From an uncultured Chloroflexia bacterium (lineage in GTDB: Bacteria > Chloroflexota > Limnocylindria > Limnocylindrales > CSP1-4): DNA of 64,000 nt. Shown piece after piece: positions 22,307-32,990 of this stretch (position 1 is its first letter; each line of letters opens with the position of its first letter). The stretch covers positions 384,001-448,000 of the forward strand of contig CAVYIM010000005.1 in assembly GCA_963768655.1 (NCBI GenBank), read 5' to 3'. The notes below the pieces were generated by a model. The model saw only the letters and a program-made list of their open reading frames with translations, did not search any database and was not told the DNA's origin. The translations under genes were made by a program, and so were the position numbers.

Positions 22307-22384
22307 GTAACGACTTCTCTCCCGGTCTCTTCGACCGTGGCTCCGGCGTCCCCCCACGCCGGCGACGGGCGCCTGCGAAGGGGG

Positions 22385-23716
22385 CTAGTTTAGACGCTCT
22401 TCGGCCAGGGCCGCGAGTTCGTCCGCGAGTTCGCTGACGAGGGCTACGTCTGAGCCTTCCACCATGACGCGAATTGCGGTTTCCGTGCCGGATGGTCGGA
22501 CGAGGACCCGACCGGACGGACCGAGGCGGGATTCGGCCCTGCCGATGGCGCGATGGAGGACCGGGTCGCCCTCCCACTGGTCCTTGTGACGTGCCGGAAT
22601 GGTGCGTTGCTGTTGGGGCAGCATGGGGATCTGCGTGGCGAGATCGGCCAGCGAACGGCCGGTCCTGCTCATGACCGCAATCACTTCGAGGGCGGTGACG
22701 ATGCCGTCGCCGCTCGTGGCGTACTCGAGGATGATGACGTGACCACTCTTCTCGCCACCGAGTCCGGCGCCGTTCACGAGCATCCCTTCGAGGATGTTCT
22801 TGTCCCCAACGGGAGTCCGAATGATCTGCCCGCCGGCCGCCTCGACCGTCCGCTGTAGCCCGCCGTTGGATAGGACCGAGACGACGAGCGCGCCATTCGG
22901 CAGTCTGCCGCTGGCGATCCGGTCGAGGGCCAGGATGCCCAGCACCGCGTCTCCGTCGACCACGGAACCGCCGCCGTCAACGGCGATGAGGCGGTCCGCG
23001 TCGCCGTCCAGAGCGAAGCCGACGTCCGCTCCGCGCTTCACGACTTCCGCGGCCAGGGCCGTCGGCGCCGTCGCTCCGCAGCCGCAGTTGATGTTCGCTC
23101 CGTCCGGTTCGTCGAAGATGACATCGACGCGCGCGCCGGTCGCCGACAGGATCCGCTCCGCGACCATGCAGCCGGAGCCGTTGGCACAGTCGACGACCAG
23201 GTGCAACTCGCTCTTCACGCGGCGTGCCAACCCCAGACGATGATCGAGATAGAGCTCGATCAGATCGTGAGCGTCCACCAGACGGCCCAGGGAATCGGCG
23301 GGCGCTCCCGCCAGCTCCTCGGCTCGCCAGATGAACTGCTCCAGCTCGTCCTCGATTTCGTCGTCCAGCTTGAGGCCGTGCTCGTCGAGCACCTTCAGGC
23401 CATTGTCGAGAGCCGGGTTGTGGGAGGCCGAGACCATGATCCCCGCGGCGAAATGACCCGCGCCCGTGATGTAGGCCAGGGCCGGCGTCGGCACCACGCC
23501 CACGTTGTGGACGTCGACCCCGAGGCTCGTGGCGCCGGCCACGATCGCGGCCACGAACATGTCGCCCGAGCGGCGGGTGTCCTGGCCGACGACGATGCTG
23601 CCGCCTGGCCCGACCAGGCGATGAGCCGTGGCACGCCCGAGCGCATACGCGAGGGTCGGCTTCAGATCGACGTTGGCGATGCCACGGATTCCATCCGTAC
23701 CGAACAATCGGGGCAA
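22385..23716 (-). CDS. glmM: Phosphoglucosamine mutase
   Basis: FGTDGIRG, SASHNP, DGDADR, GGEKSGH, RPSGTE. Confidence 0.97.
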   Translation of the reverse strand: MPRLFGTDGIRGIANVDLKPTLAYALGRATAHRLVGPGGSIVVGQDTRRSGDMFVAAIVAGATSLGVDVHNVGVVPTPALAYITGAGHFAAGIMVSASHNPALDNGLKVLDEHGLKLDDEIEDELEQFIWRAEELAGAPADSLGRLVDAHDLIELYLDHRLGLARRVKSELHLVVDCANGSGCMVAERILSATGARVDVIFDEPDGANINCGCGATAPTALAAEVVKRGADVGFALDGDADRLIAVDGGGSVVDGDAVLGILALDRIASGRLPNGALVVSVLSNGGLQRTVEAAGGQIIRTPVGDKNILEGMLVNGAGLGGEKSGHVIILEYATSGDGIVTALEVIAVMSRTGRSLADLATQIPMLPQQQRTIPARHKDQWEGDPVLHRAIGRAESRLGPSGRVLVRPSGTETAIRVMVEGSDVALVSELADELAALAEERLN

Positions 23717-23726
23717 GATCGTGCTC

Positions 23727-24992
23727 CTAGGGCGACGGTGAGGCGGAGGGTAAGAGTGATGCCGAAGGCGAAGGTGAGGGCGACGGCGGGATCGTCACGG
23801 TGACGCTGATCTGCTGCGGGTTCTGGGCGACGATCTTTATCCCGGACGGAACGCTGACGGAGACCTGGACAGTGTAGGTGCCGGGCAACAGAGTGCCGAC
23901 CGAGACGACACCAACGAGCGTGGAAGTATCGAAGGCATTCAACGCCGCCGCAGCTCCACCGAGCGTAATCGTGACGCTGGGCGTGGAGAGCGTGTAGATG
24001 CGATCGGACTGGGCTCCGTCGGGAACGATGCCGATCGTGAGCGTCCGGGTGGTGGCCGGAGACGACATGTGAACGACGACGGCAACGGTCGCTTCGTCCG
24101 GCGCCTCGATGCCGGACGGAAGGTCGAGGGGGATGTTGACCGACACGTCGCCCGTGGCGCCTGAGATGGAGATGGGCTGCGTGCTGACCGCCCCGTTGAG
24201 AGCCGCCAGTGCGTCAGCTTCGCCGCTGACGGACACGACCAGGGGGTTCACGTCGATAGAGGTGACGTAGTAACCGGACGCCGGTGTGCCCTGCAGGACC
24301 GGCGCGACTGCCACCGTTTGCGATCGCAGCTGGCTGCCGATCTGGATGGAAACCTGGACCGTCGCGGGATCCAGTGTGATTTCCTGAACGGTGTTGCCCC
24401 TGGCGTCAACGGGCACGAGCGGGACCTCTTTGTTGACGTCGAGGCCGGAGGCATCGATGGGAACCGAAGCGTCGGCCTGGACCACCTGGGCCACCTGCGT
24501 CGATGGCCCCTTGGCGACGACCGAGGTCGGGCTATTGGTCTGGGTGCCGAGACTCAGCCCGGTCGGAGGCGCGCCCGGCTGGATCCAGACCGGGACCGTC
24601 CTGGTAATGATCGGGTCGAGCGTGACGGACACCTGCTGGGGCTGGTAGTCGACGATCTGGATGCGCGGGTCACTGGCAGTCAGCTGGACCTTGATGAGCG
24701 TACTCGCGGCAGCGTCGATCTTCGCCCCACTGAGGTCGATCGTGGCGCTGAAGCTGTCCTTGGAGACCGGCACGTCGGCCGCGGCGATGTAGCGGATGCT
24801 CCCGACTGTGGGCATGGGATCGGGCTTCAACAGGAACGCGGTCGCGGGCTGGTTGACCGGCGTGATGGGGACCTGACCGGGCCACACCTGGGTGCTCTGA
24901 AGAACGACCATGCCGACGTACAGGATGACGGCAAGAAGCAGAGCGCCGACCTTCAAGGCCCAGTTGCGAAAGATGAATCGAATGATCCTCAT
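23727..24992 (-). CDS. cdaR: CdaR/YbbR-domain regulator of diadenylate cyclase
   Basis: RNWALKVGALLLAVILY membrane anchor, repeated beta-rich YbbR-like domains, position between cdaA and glmM. Confidence 0.88.
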   Translation of the reverse strand: MRIIRFIFRNWALKVGALLLAVILYVGMVVLQSTQVWPGQVPITPVNQPATAFLLKPDPMPTVGSIRYIAAADVPVSKDSFSATIDLSGAKIDAAASTLIKVQLTASDPRIQIVDYQPQQVSVTLDPIITRTVPVWIQPGAPPTGLSLGTQTNSPTSVVAKGPSTQVAQVVQADASVPIDASGLDVNKEVPLVPVDARGNTVQEITLDPATVQVSIQIGSQLRSQTVAVAPVLQGTPASGYYVTSIDVNPLVVSVSGEADALAALNGAVSTQPISISGATGDVSVNIPLDLPSGIEAPDEATVAVVVHMSSPATTRTLTIGIVPDGAQSDRIYTLSTPSVTITLGGAAAALNAFDTSTLVGVVSVGTLLPGTYTVQVSVSVPSGIKIVAQNPQQISVTVTIPPSPSPSPSASLLPSASPSP

Positions 24993-25984
24993 GAGGCGGC
25001 CCTGGTCTTGCTCGGGTCGTCTTCCGATCGAGGTTCATCTGCCCGGGGAGGCTCGACCCGCGACGGGGAGCGCTTGTCCGATCGCTCTCTTGGAGGCGCC
25101 TCGGTCGAGGGACGAGGGACGCCGGTGCGAACACGCCGGGTCAGCGCCCGCAGGGACGGCGCGACGCGCCCGGGCCGTCTAGTCTCGCGGAGCAGACGGC
25201 GGCCCGCGACCTGCGGGTGGAGATGCCCCATCAGCGCCCGTGCCAGCTTGGGCTCATCGAGGTTGCGCACGATCCTCGCTCGTTCGACCAGGCTGATCTG
25301 GCCGCTCTCCTCGGACACGACGACGACGAGAGCATCGGTCTGCTCGGTCATGCCCAGAGCGGCCTTGTGGCGAGTCCCGAAGCGCTCCAGGGGGATCGTG
25401 GTCTCGGCTGACGGCAGCAGCGCCCCCGCTGCCAGGATCGTGTCGCCCCGAATCACGACGGCGCCGTCGTGGAGGGGCGTCTTGGGCGAGAAGATGGTGA
25501 CGAGCAGGTCGGCCGAGATGTCCGCATGGAGCATGACGCCCGTTTCGGCGATCTCCTGCACACCGGATTCGCGCTCGATGACGATGAGCGCGCCGTGGCC
25601 TTCGTGAGACAGGCGAGCCGCGGCGTTCGCGACTTCGGCCGCGATGTGGGTAGCTCTCGACTGCTCCGCCGGGGAGATGAGCCAGCCGAGCGAGCCCAGG
25701 CGGCCGATCCGGTCTAGGGCTCGCCGCAGCTCGGGCTGGAAGACGACGACCAGGGCAAAGAGGCCGACGTACGCCCCCGTCTGCAGAATGAGCGTCAGAA
25801 GGCGCAGATCGAAGGCGAGCGCGGCCCCGTACACGAGGAACAGCAGGCAAACCCCGACGACGAGCCGGACAGCACGAGTCCCCCTGATCAAGCTGAACAG
25901 CCAGTAGATCAGGAGCGCCGTGATGGCGATGTCAGCCACGACGTTGGGGCTGACCTTGTCCAGGGCCGACTGCAACAGTGGCAT
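24989..25984 (-). CDS. cdaA: Membrane diadenylate cyclase CdaA/DacA
   Basis: Three TM helices, VVFQPELRRAL, GALIVIER, LHDGAVV, GTRHKAALG, VSEESG. Confidence 0.95.
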   Translation of the reverse strand: MPLLQSALDKVSPNVVADIAITALLIYWLFSLIRGTRAVRLVVGVCLLFLVYGAALAFDLRLLTLILQTGAYVGLFALVVVFQPELRRALDRIGRLGSLGWLISPAEQSRATHIAAEVANAAARLSHEGHGALIVIERESGVQEIAETGVMLHADISADLLVTIFSPKTPLHDGAVVIRGDTILAAGALLPSAETTIPLERFGTRHKAALGMTEQTDALVVVVSEESGQISLVERARIVRNLDEPKLARALMGHLHPQVAGRRLLRETRRPGRVAPSLRALTRRVRTGVPRPSTEAPPRERSDKRSPSRVEPPRADEPRSEDDPSKTRAAS

Positions 25985-26172
25985 CGGACGGCTAGTGTAT
26001 ACCGCCGAGCCTCCGCGCCAGCCCGTGCGGAGAGCACGTGCGGCCGCTTCCGGCCGTGCCCTGCCGCCGATTCAGAGTCGCGGCGGGGTCGGGCCGGGCC
26101 CAGATCCAGCGGATCCGCAGTCGCGTCTGATCCGATCAGCCGTCGCCCGGGACGTGATCGGCGGAGCTCGTC

Positions 26173-27432
26173 CTACGCGCAGAGATGCTCCAGCGAGGGA
26201 TTCTGGGGGAAGGCGCGCGTCGCCGCGGCGCAGAGCCGCTGGCGAGTCTCCTCGTCGTTGTTGAGTTCCGCCAGCCGGCCGAGCAGCCGGAGCTTCTCGG
26301 CGGCGAGCCCGTCCCAGCTCCGGGCGACGTAGAGCTCGACCAGGACGAGATGGGCGTCGACGTCGCCTGGGGCACGCTGCAGCAGCCGATGGGTGGCGTC
26401 CAGCCCGGCCTCGAACCGACCTTCACGCGCATAGGCGCGGGCTGTCCACAGCAGGAGGGATCGAAGCGCCGTGTGGTCGCCCGCCAGATCGGCGGCTTCC
26501 GCCGCAGCCAACAGTTCGTCCCCGGTGGGCTGATGGTCGCTCTCATTGATCAGCCCCGACAGCATCGGAGGAACGTCGACGCCATCCATGACGCCCACCG
26601 ACGGCCGCTCGTCGGGAACGACGCGCCGCGGCTCCACTGATGCGACGGCGGCCGTGGGTTCGGGCTCGCCAGCCACCGGCAGCGATTCGGACTCGAACGC
26701 GAGGGCGACCGCCTCGGGTGCCGGCGGTCCCGGCTCGGGCTCGACCGCCACCGCGACCGCCTCGGCCGGCAGCGGTTCGGGTTCGGCTTCGGGCTGGGCA
26801 GCAGGCACGTCGCGGAAAGCGGGCGTGGCCGCCGCGTAGCTGCGCTCCGGTACGGCCACTCTGGCAAGGGCGGGGGCAGTCCCCTGGCCGGCCGCGAAGG
26901 CCAGCCCGGCAGCCGGGCGAAGAGCGTCGGCGCCTGGCTCCTCCCGCAGGCGCAGTGCCCGTGCCAGCAGTTGCTCGGCGGCATGGTCGCCGGCCGAGAA
27001 GCGGATCTCGCGCAGCAGGGCCCGCTGTCGCCTGATCCTGTCGGGCGCCTCTTCGAGCTCGACCGCGCGCCGGAGAGTGTCCGCGGCCTCGGGCAGCCGT
27101 CCGGCTGCTTCCTGGATCTCAGCCACGTGGTCAAGGGCCGCTGCCGCGTCGCTGCGCATGCCGGCGGCGGTGAGAGCTTCGGCCTGCCCGAGCAAGGCTC
27201 CCTCGTCGTGAGGGGACCGCGCCACGGCCGCGGCGAACTCCGTCAGGGCGTCCTCGAGATGCCCCAGCCGCATGTACACACCGCCCAGGCTGGTATGGGG
27301 AAGGGCGCGTGACGGGGCGATCTCGGCGGCGACCCGGTAGGCCGCCAGAGCCTCCTCCAGCGAGCCCCGCAGCACCGCCACGTGGCCAGTCCGAAGCGCT
27401 TCCTTGTAGCGCTCATAGAGATCGTCCGTCAT
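26173..27432 (-). CDS. Tetratricopeptide-repeat protein with Pro/Glu-rich linker
   Basis: TPR-like helices at both ends (EALAAYRVAAEIAPS, ALPHTSLGGVY; DAHLVLVELY); start ATG 27432. Confidence 0.8.
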   Translation of the reverse strand: MTDDLYERYKEALRTGHVAVLRGSLEEALAAYRVAAEIAPSRALPHTSLGGVYMRLGHLEDALTEFAAAVARSPHDEGALLGQAEALTAAGMRSDAAAALDHVAEIQEAAGRLPEAADTLRRAVELEEAPDRIRRQRALLREIRFSAGDHAAEQLLARALRLREEPGADALRPAAGLAFAAGQGTAPALARVAVPERSYAAATPAFRDVPAAQPEAEPEPLPAEAVAVAVEPEPGPPAPEAVALAFESESLPVAGEPEPTAAVASVEPRRVVPDERPSVGVMDGVDVPPMLSGLINESDHQPTGDELLAAAEAADLAGDHTALRSLLLWTARAYAREGRFEAGLDATHRLLQRAPGDVDAHLVLVELYVARSWDGLAAEKLRLLGRLAELNNDEETRQRLCAAATRAFPQNPSLEHLCA

Positions 27433-27570
27433 AGCGCACATGATGACTTGCGGACGTCCCGGTGTCGAAAGTACCTGCGGACTGAGGCAATCCGCACTTC
27501 GTCCTACGCCAGGTGTCCGATATGGCCTGCGTAGCTCCGAACCGGGCGCCGCCGAGCCTGCAGACACAGC

Positions 27571-27643
27571 GCGGGGCCGGGTCGCGGACGCGACCGACCG
27601 CACCTAGACGTGTGTGAGCGAGGAGCAGAGGCCCCAACGACGC
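27571..27643 (+). repeat. Diverged copy of the structured intergenic element
   Basis: CGCAC-ctagac-GTGTG TGAGCGAGG AGC...GGCCCC AACGAC matches the 3' half of the other copies. Confidence 0.55.
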
Positions 27644-27660
27644 GATGCGCCGCGAGCCTG

Positions 27661-28047
27661 ATGCGTCGCCCCTGCGAGCCTGCCCCGTCGCCGCTGCGGC
27701 GAACGCAGTGCTAGGAGGAGCCGAGCACCGAAGCGAGAGGACTGAACGTCCGTGAGCAAGGCGCGGAGGCGACGACAACGCAATGCGTCGCCCCTGCGAG
27801 CCTGCCCCGTCGCCGCTGCGGCGAACGCAGTGCTAGGAGGAGCCGAGCACCGAAGCGAGCGGACTGAACGTCCGTGAGCAAGGCGCGGAGGCGACGACAA
27901 CGCAATGCGTCGCCCCTGCGAGCCTGCCCCGTCGCCGCTGCGGCGAACTCAGTGCTAGGAGGAGCCGAGCACCGAAGCGAGCGGACTGAACGTCCGTGAG
28001 CAAGGCGCGGAGGCGACGACAACGCAATGCGTCGCCCCAGCGGCGAC
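27661..28047 (+). repeat. 3 x 122 bp tandem repeat, each unit carrying one structured element
   Basis: Units start at 27661, 27783, 27905 (partial at 28027); I saw only two single-base differences between units. Confidence 0.95.
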
Positions 28048-28445
28048 TATCGCTTGGTGTACTGAGGGGCCTTGCGGGCTCGCTTCAGCCCGTACTTCTT
28101 GCGTTCCTTCATCCGCGGATCGCGGGTCAGAAGACCAGCCTGGCGAAGCGGCAGCCGGTACCCTTCGGGGTCCATCTGAAGAAGGGCGCGGGCGATGCCG
28201 TGGCGGATGGCGCCGGCCTGGCCGGTGACCCCGCCGCCCTCGACCTTGATCTGGGCGTTGTAGGTACCCTCGGTTCCGGTGACCCGGAACGGCATGCGGA
28301 CGTCCGCCTCGTCGATGGCATTGCCGAAGTGCGCCTCGAGGGTTCGATCGTTGACGACGATCTCACCCGAGCCGGGGACGAGACGGACTCGCGCCACCGC
28401 GGTCTTGCGGCGACCGGTCCCGTAGAAGAAAGCTGCGGTAGTCAT
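28047..28445 (-). CDS. rpsI: 30S ribosomal protein S9
   Basis: [41 protein letters not shown]. Confidence 0.98.
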   Translation of the reverse strand: MTTAAFFYGTGRRKTAVARVRLVPGSGEIVVNDRTLEAHFGNAIDEADVRMPFRVTGTEGTYNAQIKVEGGGVTGQAGAIRHGIARALLQMDPEGYRLPLRQAGLLTRDPRMKERKKYGLKRARKAPQYTKR

Positions 28446-28456
28446 TGCGCTCCTCG

Positions 28457-28888
28457 TCAGGCCAGCGGCTCAGGTCGCTGAGCCTGGTGCGGGTGCTCGG
28501 GGCCGGCGTAGATCTTGAGCTTGGTCAGCTGCTGGGCGCCCAGTCGATTGTGCGGCAGCATCCCCTTGACGGCACGGCGGATGACTTCCTCTGGCCGGCG
28601 ATCCAGGAGATGCCCCAGGGTTTCCGCCTTGAGGCCGTGCGGGTAGCCGCTGTGGCGCATGTACAGCTTGGTTTCGCGCTTGTCAGAACTGACGGCAATC
28701 TTGCCGGCGTTCACGACGACGACATGGTCGCCCGAGTCCATGGTCGGGCTGTACATGGGTTTGTTCTTGCCTTCGAGCACTCGAGCGATGCGCGACGCCA
28801 GACGGCCGAGCGTCTCGTCCGTCGCGTCCACGACGTACCAGCGTCGCTCGATCTCGCTCTCACGGACCGTATATGTCTTGGCGGTCAT
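28457..28888 (-). CDS. rplM: 50S ribosomal protein L13
   Basis: WYVVDA, LGRLAS, HSGYPHG, AVKGMLP; ATG 28888. Confidence 0.98.
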   Translation of the reverse strand: MTAKTYTVRESEIERRWYVVDATDETLGRLASRIARVLEGKNKPMYSPTMDSGDHVVVVNAGKIAVSSDKRETKLYMRHSGYPHGLKAETLGHLLDRRPEEVIRRAVKGMLPHNRLGAQQLTKLKIYAGPEHPHQAQRPEPLA

Positions 28889-29688
28889 CGTTCTCCGTTC
28901 GATCTGGCGGTCGTGCTTGCCGGCGCCGTCCCGCCCCTCGTGGGGCCCAGAACGACGCGCCTCAGGCAAAGGCCTTTCGCGGGGGCCGCGGCCCCGTTGA
29001 ACGCCGGTCGCCCCGACGCGAGCGCCGCGGCGACTGCCTCTTCATCTGTCCTGCCGTGACCGGCCTCGAGGAGAGCGGCCACGATCCTTCGCACCATCTG
29101 GCGGAGGAAGGCATCGGCCGCGACGTCGATCGTCACGAGCGACCCTTCCTTCCGGACGCGGACCCAATGCACGGTCCGGACCGGCTGCCGGTGCGCCGCC
29201 CCGAAGGCGCTGAAGTCGTGACGGCCAACCAGGACCGACCCGACCCGCTCCATCGCGGCGATACTCAACGGGTCCCGCACCCCGAGCGCATAACGCTCGC
29301 GGAGCGGGCTTCGCGGCCCGTTCCAGACGGTGTAGCGATACTCCCGATATCGCGCCGCGTGGCGTGGATGGAACCCGGCCGGTACGCGGCGCATCTCGCG
29401 AAGCGCCACGTCCGCTGGCAGCAGCGCATTGAGCGCCCTGGTCAGCTCCCTTGCCGGTCTACGCTGCGGATCGGTGAAGGCAATCACCTGCCCGCGAGCG
29501 TGGACTCCGGCGTCGGTTCGGCCCGCCGCCTGAACCCGGATCCGGCCTCCGCCGGAGATCCGCGCCAGCGCGGCTTCGAGTTCCCCCTGGACCGTCCGAG
29601 CCCCAGGTTGGACCTGGAACCCGGCGAAGTCCGTGCCGTCGTATTCAACCGTTGCGCGATACCGCAACGGCGGTGTCCTCTCGGACAC
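28885..29688 (-). CDS. truA: tRNA pseudouridine(38-40) synthase
   Basis: EYDGTDFAGFQ, AGRTDAGVHA, HDFSAF, FLRQMVR. Confidence 0.97.
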   Translation of the reverse strand: MSERTPPLRYRATVEYDGTDFAGFQVQPGARTVQGELEAALARISGGGRIRVQAAGRTDAGVHARGQVIAFTDPQRRPARELTRALNALLPADVALREMRRVPAGFHPRHAARYREYRYTVWNGPRSPLRERYALGVRDPLSIAAMERVGSVLVGRHDFSAFGAAHRQPVRTVHWVRVRKEGSLVTIDVAADAFLRQMVRRIVAALLEAGHGRTDEEAVAAALASGRPAFNGAAAPAKGLCLRRVVLGPTRGGTAPASTTARSNGER

Positions 29689-29722
29689 CTCGCTAGCTGC
29701 TATATGGACGCTCCGACGCGGT

Positions 29723-29804
29723 CAGGGCTAGGCGCCGGCGAGGATCCAAGCGAGCGCACTTGAACGTGCGTGAGCGCCGGACCGGAGCCGGCAACGACGC
29801 CCTG
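29723..29804 (+). repeat. Structured intergenic element (rplQ-truA spacer)
   Basis: CAGGGC TAGGCG CCGGC...AAGCGAG CGCAC-ttgaac-GTGCG TGAGC...GCCGG CAACGAC GCCCTG. Confidence 0.8.
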
Positions 29805-29821
29805 GCTCGTCTGAGCGTCCA

Positions 29822-30175
29822 TTACACCAACTCTATCTGGACCATCGGGGCCGAGTCGCCGAGACGCTGGCCGAGGTGGACGATTCGGGTGAACCCAGAC
29901 GTCCGGTCCGCATACTTGGGTGCAATCTCATCGAAGAGCTTGGTCACGACGAGCGGCTCGTTGGGGAACTCGGCTACGACCGCCCGCCGGGCCGACAGGT
30001 CGCCCCGCTTGGCCAGGGTGATCATCTTCTCGACCCGGCCGCTGATCTCCTTGGCCTTGGCCTCGGTGGTCTGGATCCGCTCGTAGCGGAGGACCGAGAC
30101 GGTGAGGTTCTTGTAGAGGGCCAGGCGCGGGCCCTGCTTGCGGCTGAGCTTCCGGCCGCCGATTCGATGGGCCAT
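29822..30175 (-). CDS. rplQ: 50S ribosomal protein L17
   Basis: RIQTTEAKAKE, EKMITLAK, RLGDSAPM. Confidence 0.98.
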   Translation of the reverse strand: MAHRIGGRKLSRKQGPRLALYKNLTVSVLRYERIQTTEAKAKEISGRVEKMITLAKRGDLSARRAVVAEFPNEPLVVTKLFDEIAPKYADRTSGFTRIVHLGQRLGDSAPMVQIELV

Positions 30176-30178
30176 GGC

Positions 30179-31189
30179 TCAGGCCTCCTCAGGGGGAAGG
30201 TCGTCGAACTGCTCCTCGTCTTCGACTTCGTCCATGTCGTCGCCGAGAGAGCTGTCTTCCGTTTCCGGCAGGATGAAGCCGCGCATGCGCAGCCTTTCCT
30301 TCATTTCGTCCAGTGACTTCTTGCCGAAGTTGCGCATTCGCAGCAGATCGTCGTCGGAGAGCTGGAGCAGCTGTCCGACCTTGACGATGTTGTTGCGCTT
30401 GAGCGAGTTGTAGGCCCGCATCGGCAGATCCAGTTCCTCGATCGGCATGTCCAGCATGTTCGGAGGAAGCTGCGGCACGTTGGTCGTCACGCGGTCGCTT
30501 CCGGCGGCGACCAGGCCGATGTTGGCGAAGAGTGAGAACTGGCGGACCAGGATATCGGCAGCCCGGCCGAGGGCTTCCTCGGGCGAGATAGTGCCGTCCG
30601 TCTCCAGCTCGATCGTCAGCTTGTCATAGTTGGTCATCTGCCCGACGCGCGTGTTCTCGACCGAGTAGTTGACCTTGCGGACTGGCGTGAAGATAGCGTC
30701 GACCGGAATGACACCGATGGGCATCGACTCGGCTCGCTCGGCGGCCAGGTAGCCGACGCCCTTCTCGACCGTCAGATCCATCTCGATGGTGACATCGTCG
30801 GAGTCGAGAGTCATGAGCTCGAGGTCGGGGTTGATGACCTCGACGTCGGCCGATTCCTGAATATCGGCGGCGGTCACGGTACCTGCGCCGGCCTTGATGA
30901 GCTTTAGCTGGACCGGGTGCGTCGCGAAGCTCTTGAGGCGGAGCTTCTTGACGTTGAGGACGATCTGGGTCACGTCCTCCTTCACGCCGGGGATGCTCGT
31001 GAATTCGTGGTAGACGTCGCGGATCTGGATCGCCGTAATGGCCGAGCCCTCCAGCGACGACAGCAGGACACGCCGCAAGGCATTTCCCAGCGTGACGCCG
31101 TAGCCGGCCGGCAGCGGGCTGGCCTCGTACTTGGCGTACGAGCCGAGTTCCTCGATGGGCGCGATCTGCGGGCTCTCGAGTTCGATCAT
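30179..31189 (-). CDS. rpoA: RNA polymerase alpha subunit
   Basis: GYGVTLGNALRRVLLSS, GVKEDV, DAIFTPV, RNFGKKSLDE. Confidence 0.98.
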   Translation of the reverse strand: MIELESPQIAPIEELGSYAKYEASPLPAGYGVTLGNALRRVLLSSLEGSAITAIQIRDVYHEFTSIPGVKEDVTQIVLNVKKLRLKSFATHPVQLKLIKAGAGTVTAADIQESADVEVINPDLELMTLDSDDVTIEMDLTVEKGVGYLAAERAESMPIGVIPVDAIFTPVRKVNYSVENTRVGQMTNYDKLTIELETDGTISPEEALGRAADILVRQFSLFANIGLVAAGSDRVTTNVPQLPPNMLDMPIEELDLPMRAYNSLKRNNIVKVGQLLQLSDDDLLRMRNFGKKSLDEMKERLRMRGFILPETEDSSLGDDMDEVEDEEQFDDLPPEEA

Positions 31190-31198
31190 AGGTGGGCC

Positions 31199-31825
31199 TT
31201 ACCTCGAGTAGTACTCGACCACGAGCTGCTCGTTGAGGTCCAGCGGCATCTGGTCGCGGCGCGGGGCGGTCAGCACGGATCCGGCGAGCTTCGCCGCATC
31301 AACGCTGAGCCACTCCGGAACCTGGCGCGACTTGATGAGCTCCGCAGCCTCCTTGAAGGGCTCACGGGTTCGGTGCGTCTCGCGCACCTCGATCTTGTCG
31401 CCGGGGCGCAGATGCAGCGACGGGATGTTCGAAACGCGACCGTTCACTGTGAAGTGAGCGTGCCCCACCAGCTGGCGCGCCTCGGCGCGCGAAGCCGCGA
31501 AGCCCATCCGGTACACGACGTTGTCCATGCGCAGCTCGAGCATTCGAAGGAGGTTCTCACCGGTGACACCGGGCGTAGAACTGGCTGTTTCGAAATAGCC
31601 CTTGAACTGGCGCTCGAGGACGCTGTAGACGCGCCTGATCTTCTGCTTCTCGCGCAGCTGCATGCCGTACTCGCCAACCTTCCGGCGGCGGATTCCATGC
31701 TGGCCGGGAGGCGCCTGCCGGCGTTCGAAGGCGCATTTCTTGGAGTAGCAGCGGGTCCCCTTGAGGAAGAGCTTGGTGCCTTCCCGGCGGCAGATCCGGC
31801 AAACTGGATCGGTGTAGCGGGCCAT
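31199..31825 (-). CDS. rpsD: 30S ribosomal protein S4 (zinc-motif type)
   Basis: [33 protein letters not shown]. Confidence 0.98.
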   Translation of the reverse strand: MARYTDPVCRICRREGTKLFLKGTRCYSKKCAFERRQAPPGQHGIRRRKVGEYGMQLREKQKIRRVYSVLERQFKGYFETASSTPGVTGENLLRMLELRMDNVVYRMGFAASRAEARQLVGHAHFTVNGRVSNIPSLHLRPGDKIEVRETHRTREPFKEAAELIKSRQVPEWLSVDAAKLAGSVLTAPRRDQMPLDLNEQLVVEYYSR

Positions 31826-31837
31826 CTATCGTCCTGC

Positions 31838-32233
31838 CTAGACCCGGCGCCGCTTGGGCGGGCGGCAGCCGTTGTGAGGGACGGGAGTGACGTCCGTGAT
31901 CGCGCTCACCTCGAGACCGGCTGCCTGGAGCGACCGGATGGCCTGCTCACGGCCGGCACCCGGCCCCTTCACGTATACCTCCACCTGGCGCATGCCATGC
32001 TCCATCGCCTTCTTCGCGGCCTGATCGGCCGAGAGGGCGGCGGCGTACGGCGTGCTCTTGCGGGAGCCCTTGAAGCCGGCCACGCCGGCCGAGCCCCAGC
32101 TGATCACGTTGCCGTTTGGGTCGGTGATCGTAATGATCGTGTTGTTGAAACTCGCCTGGATGTGAACATGCCCCTGGGGCACATTCTTCCTCTCCCGGCG
32201 GCGCTGCTTGGTGGCGCGCTTCCGTTCGGCCAT
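31838..32233 (-). CDS. rpsK: 30S ribosomal protein S11
   Basis: [32 protein letters not shown]. Confidence 0.98.
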   Translation of the reverse strand: MAERKRATKQRRRERKNVPQGHVHIQASFNNTIITITDPNGNVISWGSAGVAGFKGSRKSTPYAAALSADQAAKKAMEHGMRQVEVYVKGPGAGREQAIRSLQAAGLEVSAITDVTPVPHNGCRPPKRRRV

Positions 32234-32251
32234 GCCTGCGTCCGGCTCCTC

Positions 32252-32629
32252 TTACTTCGTCGCCTTGCGCCGGACGCCGACCGTCTTCTTCGGTCCTCGG
32301 CGCTGCCGGGCGTTCGTCTTGGTCCGCTGGCCCCGGACCGGCAGGTTGCGCCGATGGCGCAGGCCGCGATAGGAGCCGATCTCGATCAGCCGCTTGACAT
32401 TCATGGCAACCTCGCGGCGAAGGTCGCCTTCAACCTTGTAACGTCGGTCGATGATCTCTCGCAGCCGGTTGACCTGCTCCTCGGTCAGATCCCGGACGCG
32501 GGTGTCCGGGTTGACGTTGGCCTGGACGAGGATCTTCTGGCTGGTTGGAAGGCCGATACCGTAGATGTAGGTAAGGGCGATCTCGACCCGCTTCTCACGG
32601 GGAATGTCGATACCTGCGATACGTGCCAT
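32252..32629 (-). CDS. rpsM: 30S ribosomal protein S13
   Basis: [32 protein letters not shown]. Confidence 0.98.
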   Translation of the reverse strand: MARIAGIDIPREKRVEIALTYIYGIGLPTSQKILVQANVNPDTRVRDLTEEQVNRLREIIDRRYKVEGDLRREVAMNVKRLIEIGSYRGLRHRRNLPVRGQRTKTNARQRRGPKKTVGVRRKATK

Positions 32630-32632
32630 GGC

Positions 32633-32746
32633 CTAACCCTGCCGCTGCTTGTGCTTGGGATTCGCGCAGATGACCATCACGGTCCCGTGTCGGCGGATCA
32701 CTTTGCAGTTGTCGCAGCGGGCCTTGACGGAAGCTCTGACTTTCAA
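32633..32746 (-). CDS. rpmJ: 50S ribosomal protein L36 (Zn-binding)
   Basis: Manual translation from TTG: [37 protein letters not shown] (below the ORF-track cutoff). Confidence 0.96.
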   Translation of the reverse strand: MKVRASVKARCDNCKVIRRHGTVMVICANPKHKQRQG

Positions 32747-32771
32747 GGGATCCTCGTTGTTGTCGGCGGCG

Positions 32772-32990
32772 CTACTTGAGTCGATAGGTGATGCGACCGC
32801 GCGTCAGGTCGTAGGGAGATAGCTCCACTCTGACGCGGTCGCCAGGCAGGATGCGGATGAAGTTCATGCGCAGCTTGCCTGAGATGTGAGCCAGAACGCG
32901 GTGGCCGTTCTCGAGTTCGACGGCGAACATCGTGTTGGGCAATGGCTCCAGCACGGTGCCTTCGACTTCGATCGCGTCCTTCTTTGCCAC
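32772..32990 (-). CDS. infA: Translation initiation factor IF-1
   Basis: [33 protein letters not shown]; GTG 32990. Confidence 0.98.
   Translation of the reverse strand: MAKKDAIEVEGTVLEPLPNTMFAVELENGHRVLAHISGKLRMNFIRILPGDRVRVELSPYDLTRGRITYRLK

Noticed and set aside
22307-22384. glmS ribozyme
   Set aside because: The spacer is only 78 nt with two small hairpins and lacks the AGCGCC...GACGAGG core.
27661-28047. CRISPR array or small repeated proteins (MSSPPRLAHG ORFs)
   Set aside because: The whole 122 bp unit repeats with no unique spacers; the ORFs are by-products of the repeat in shifting frames.
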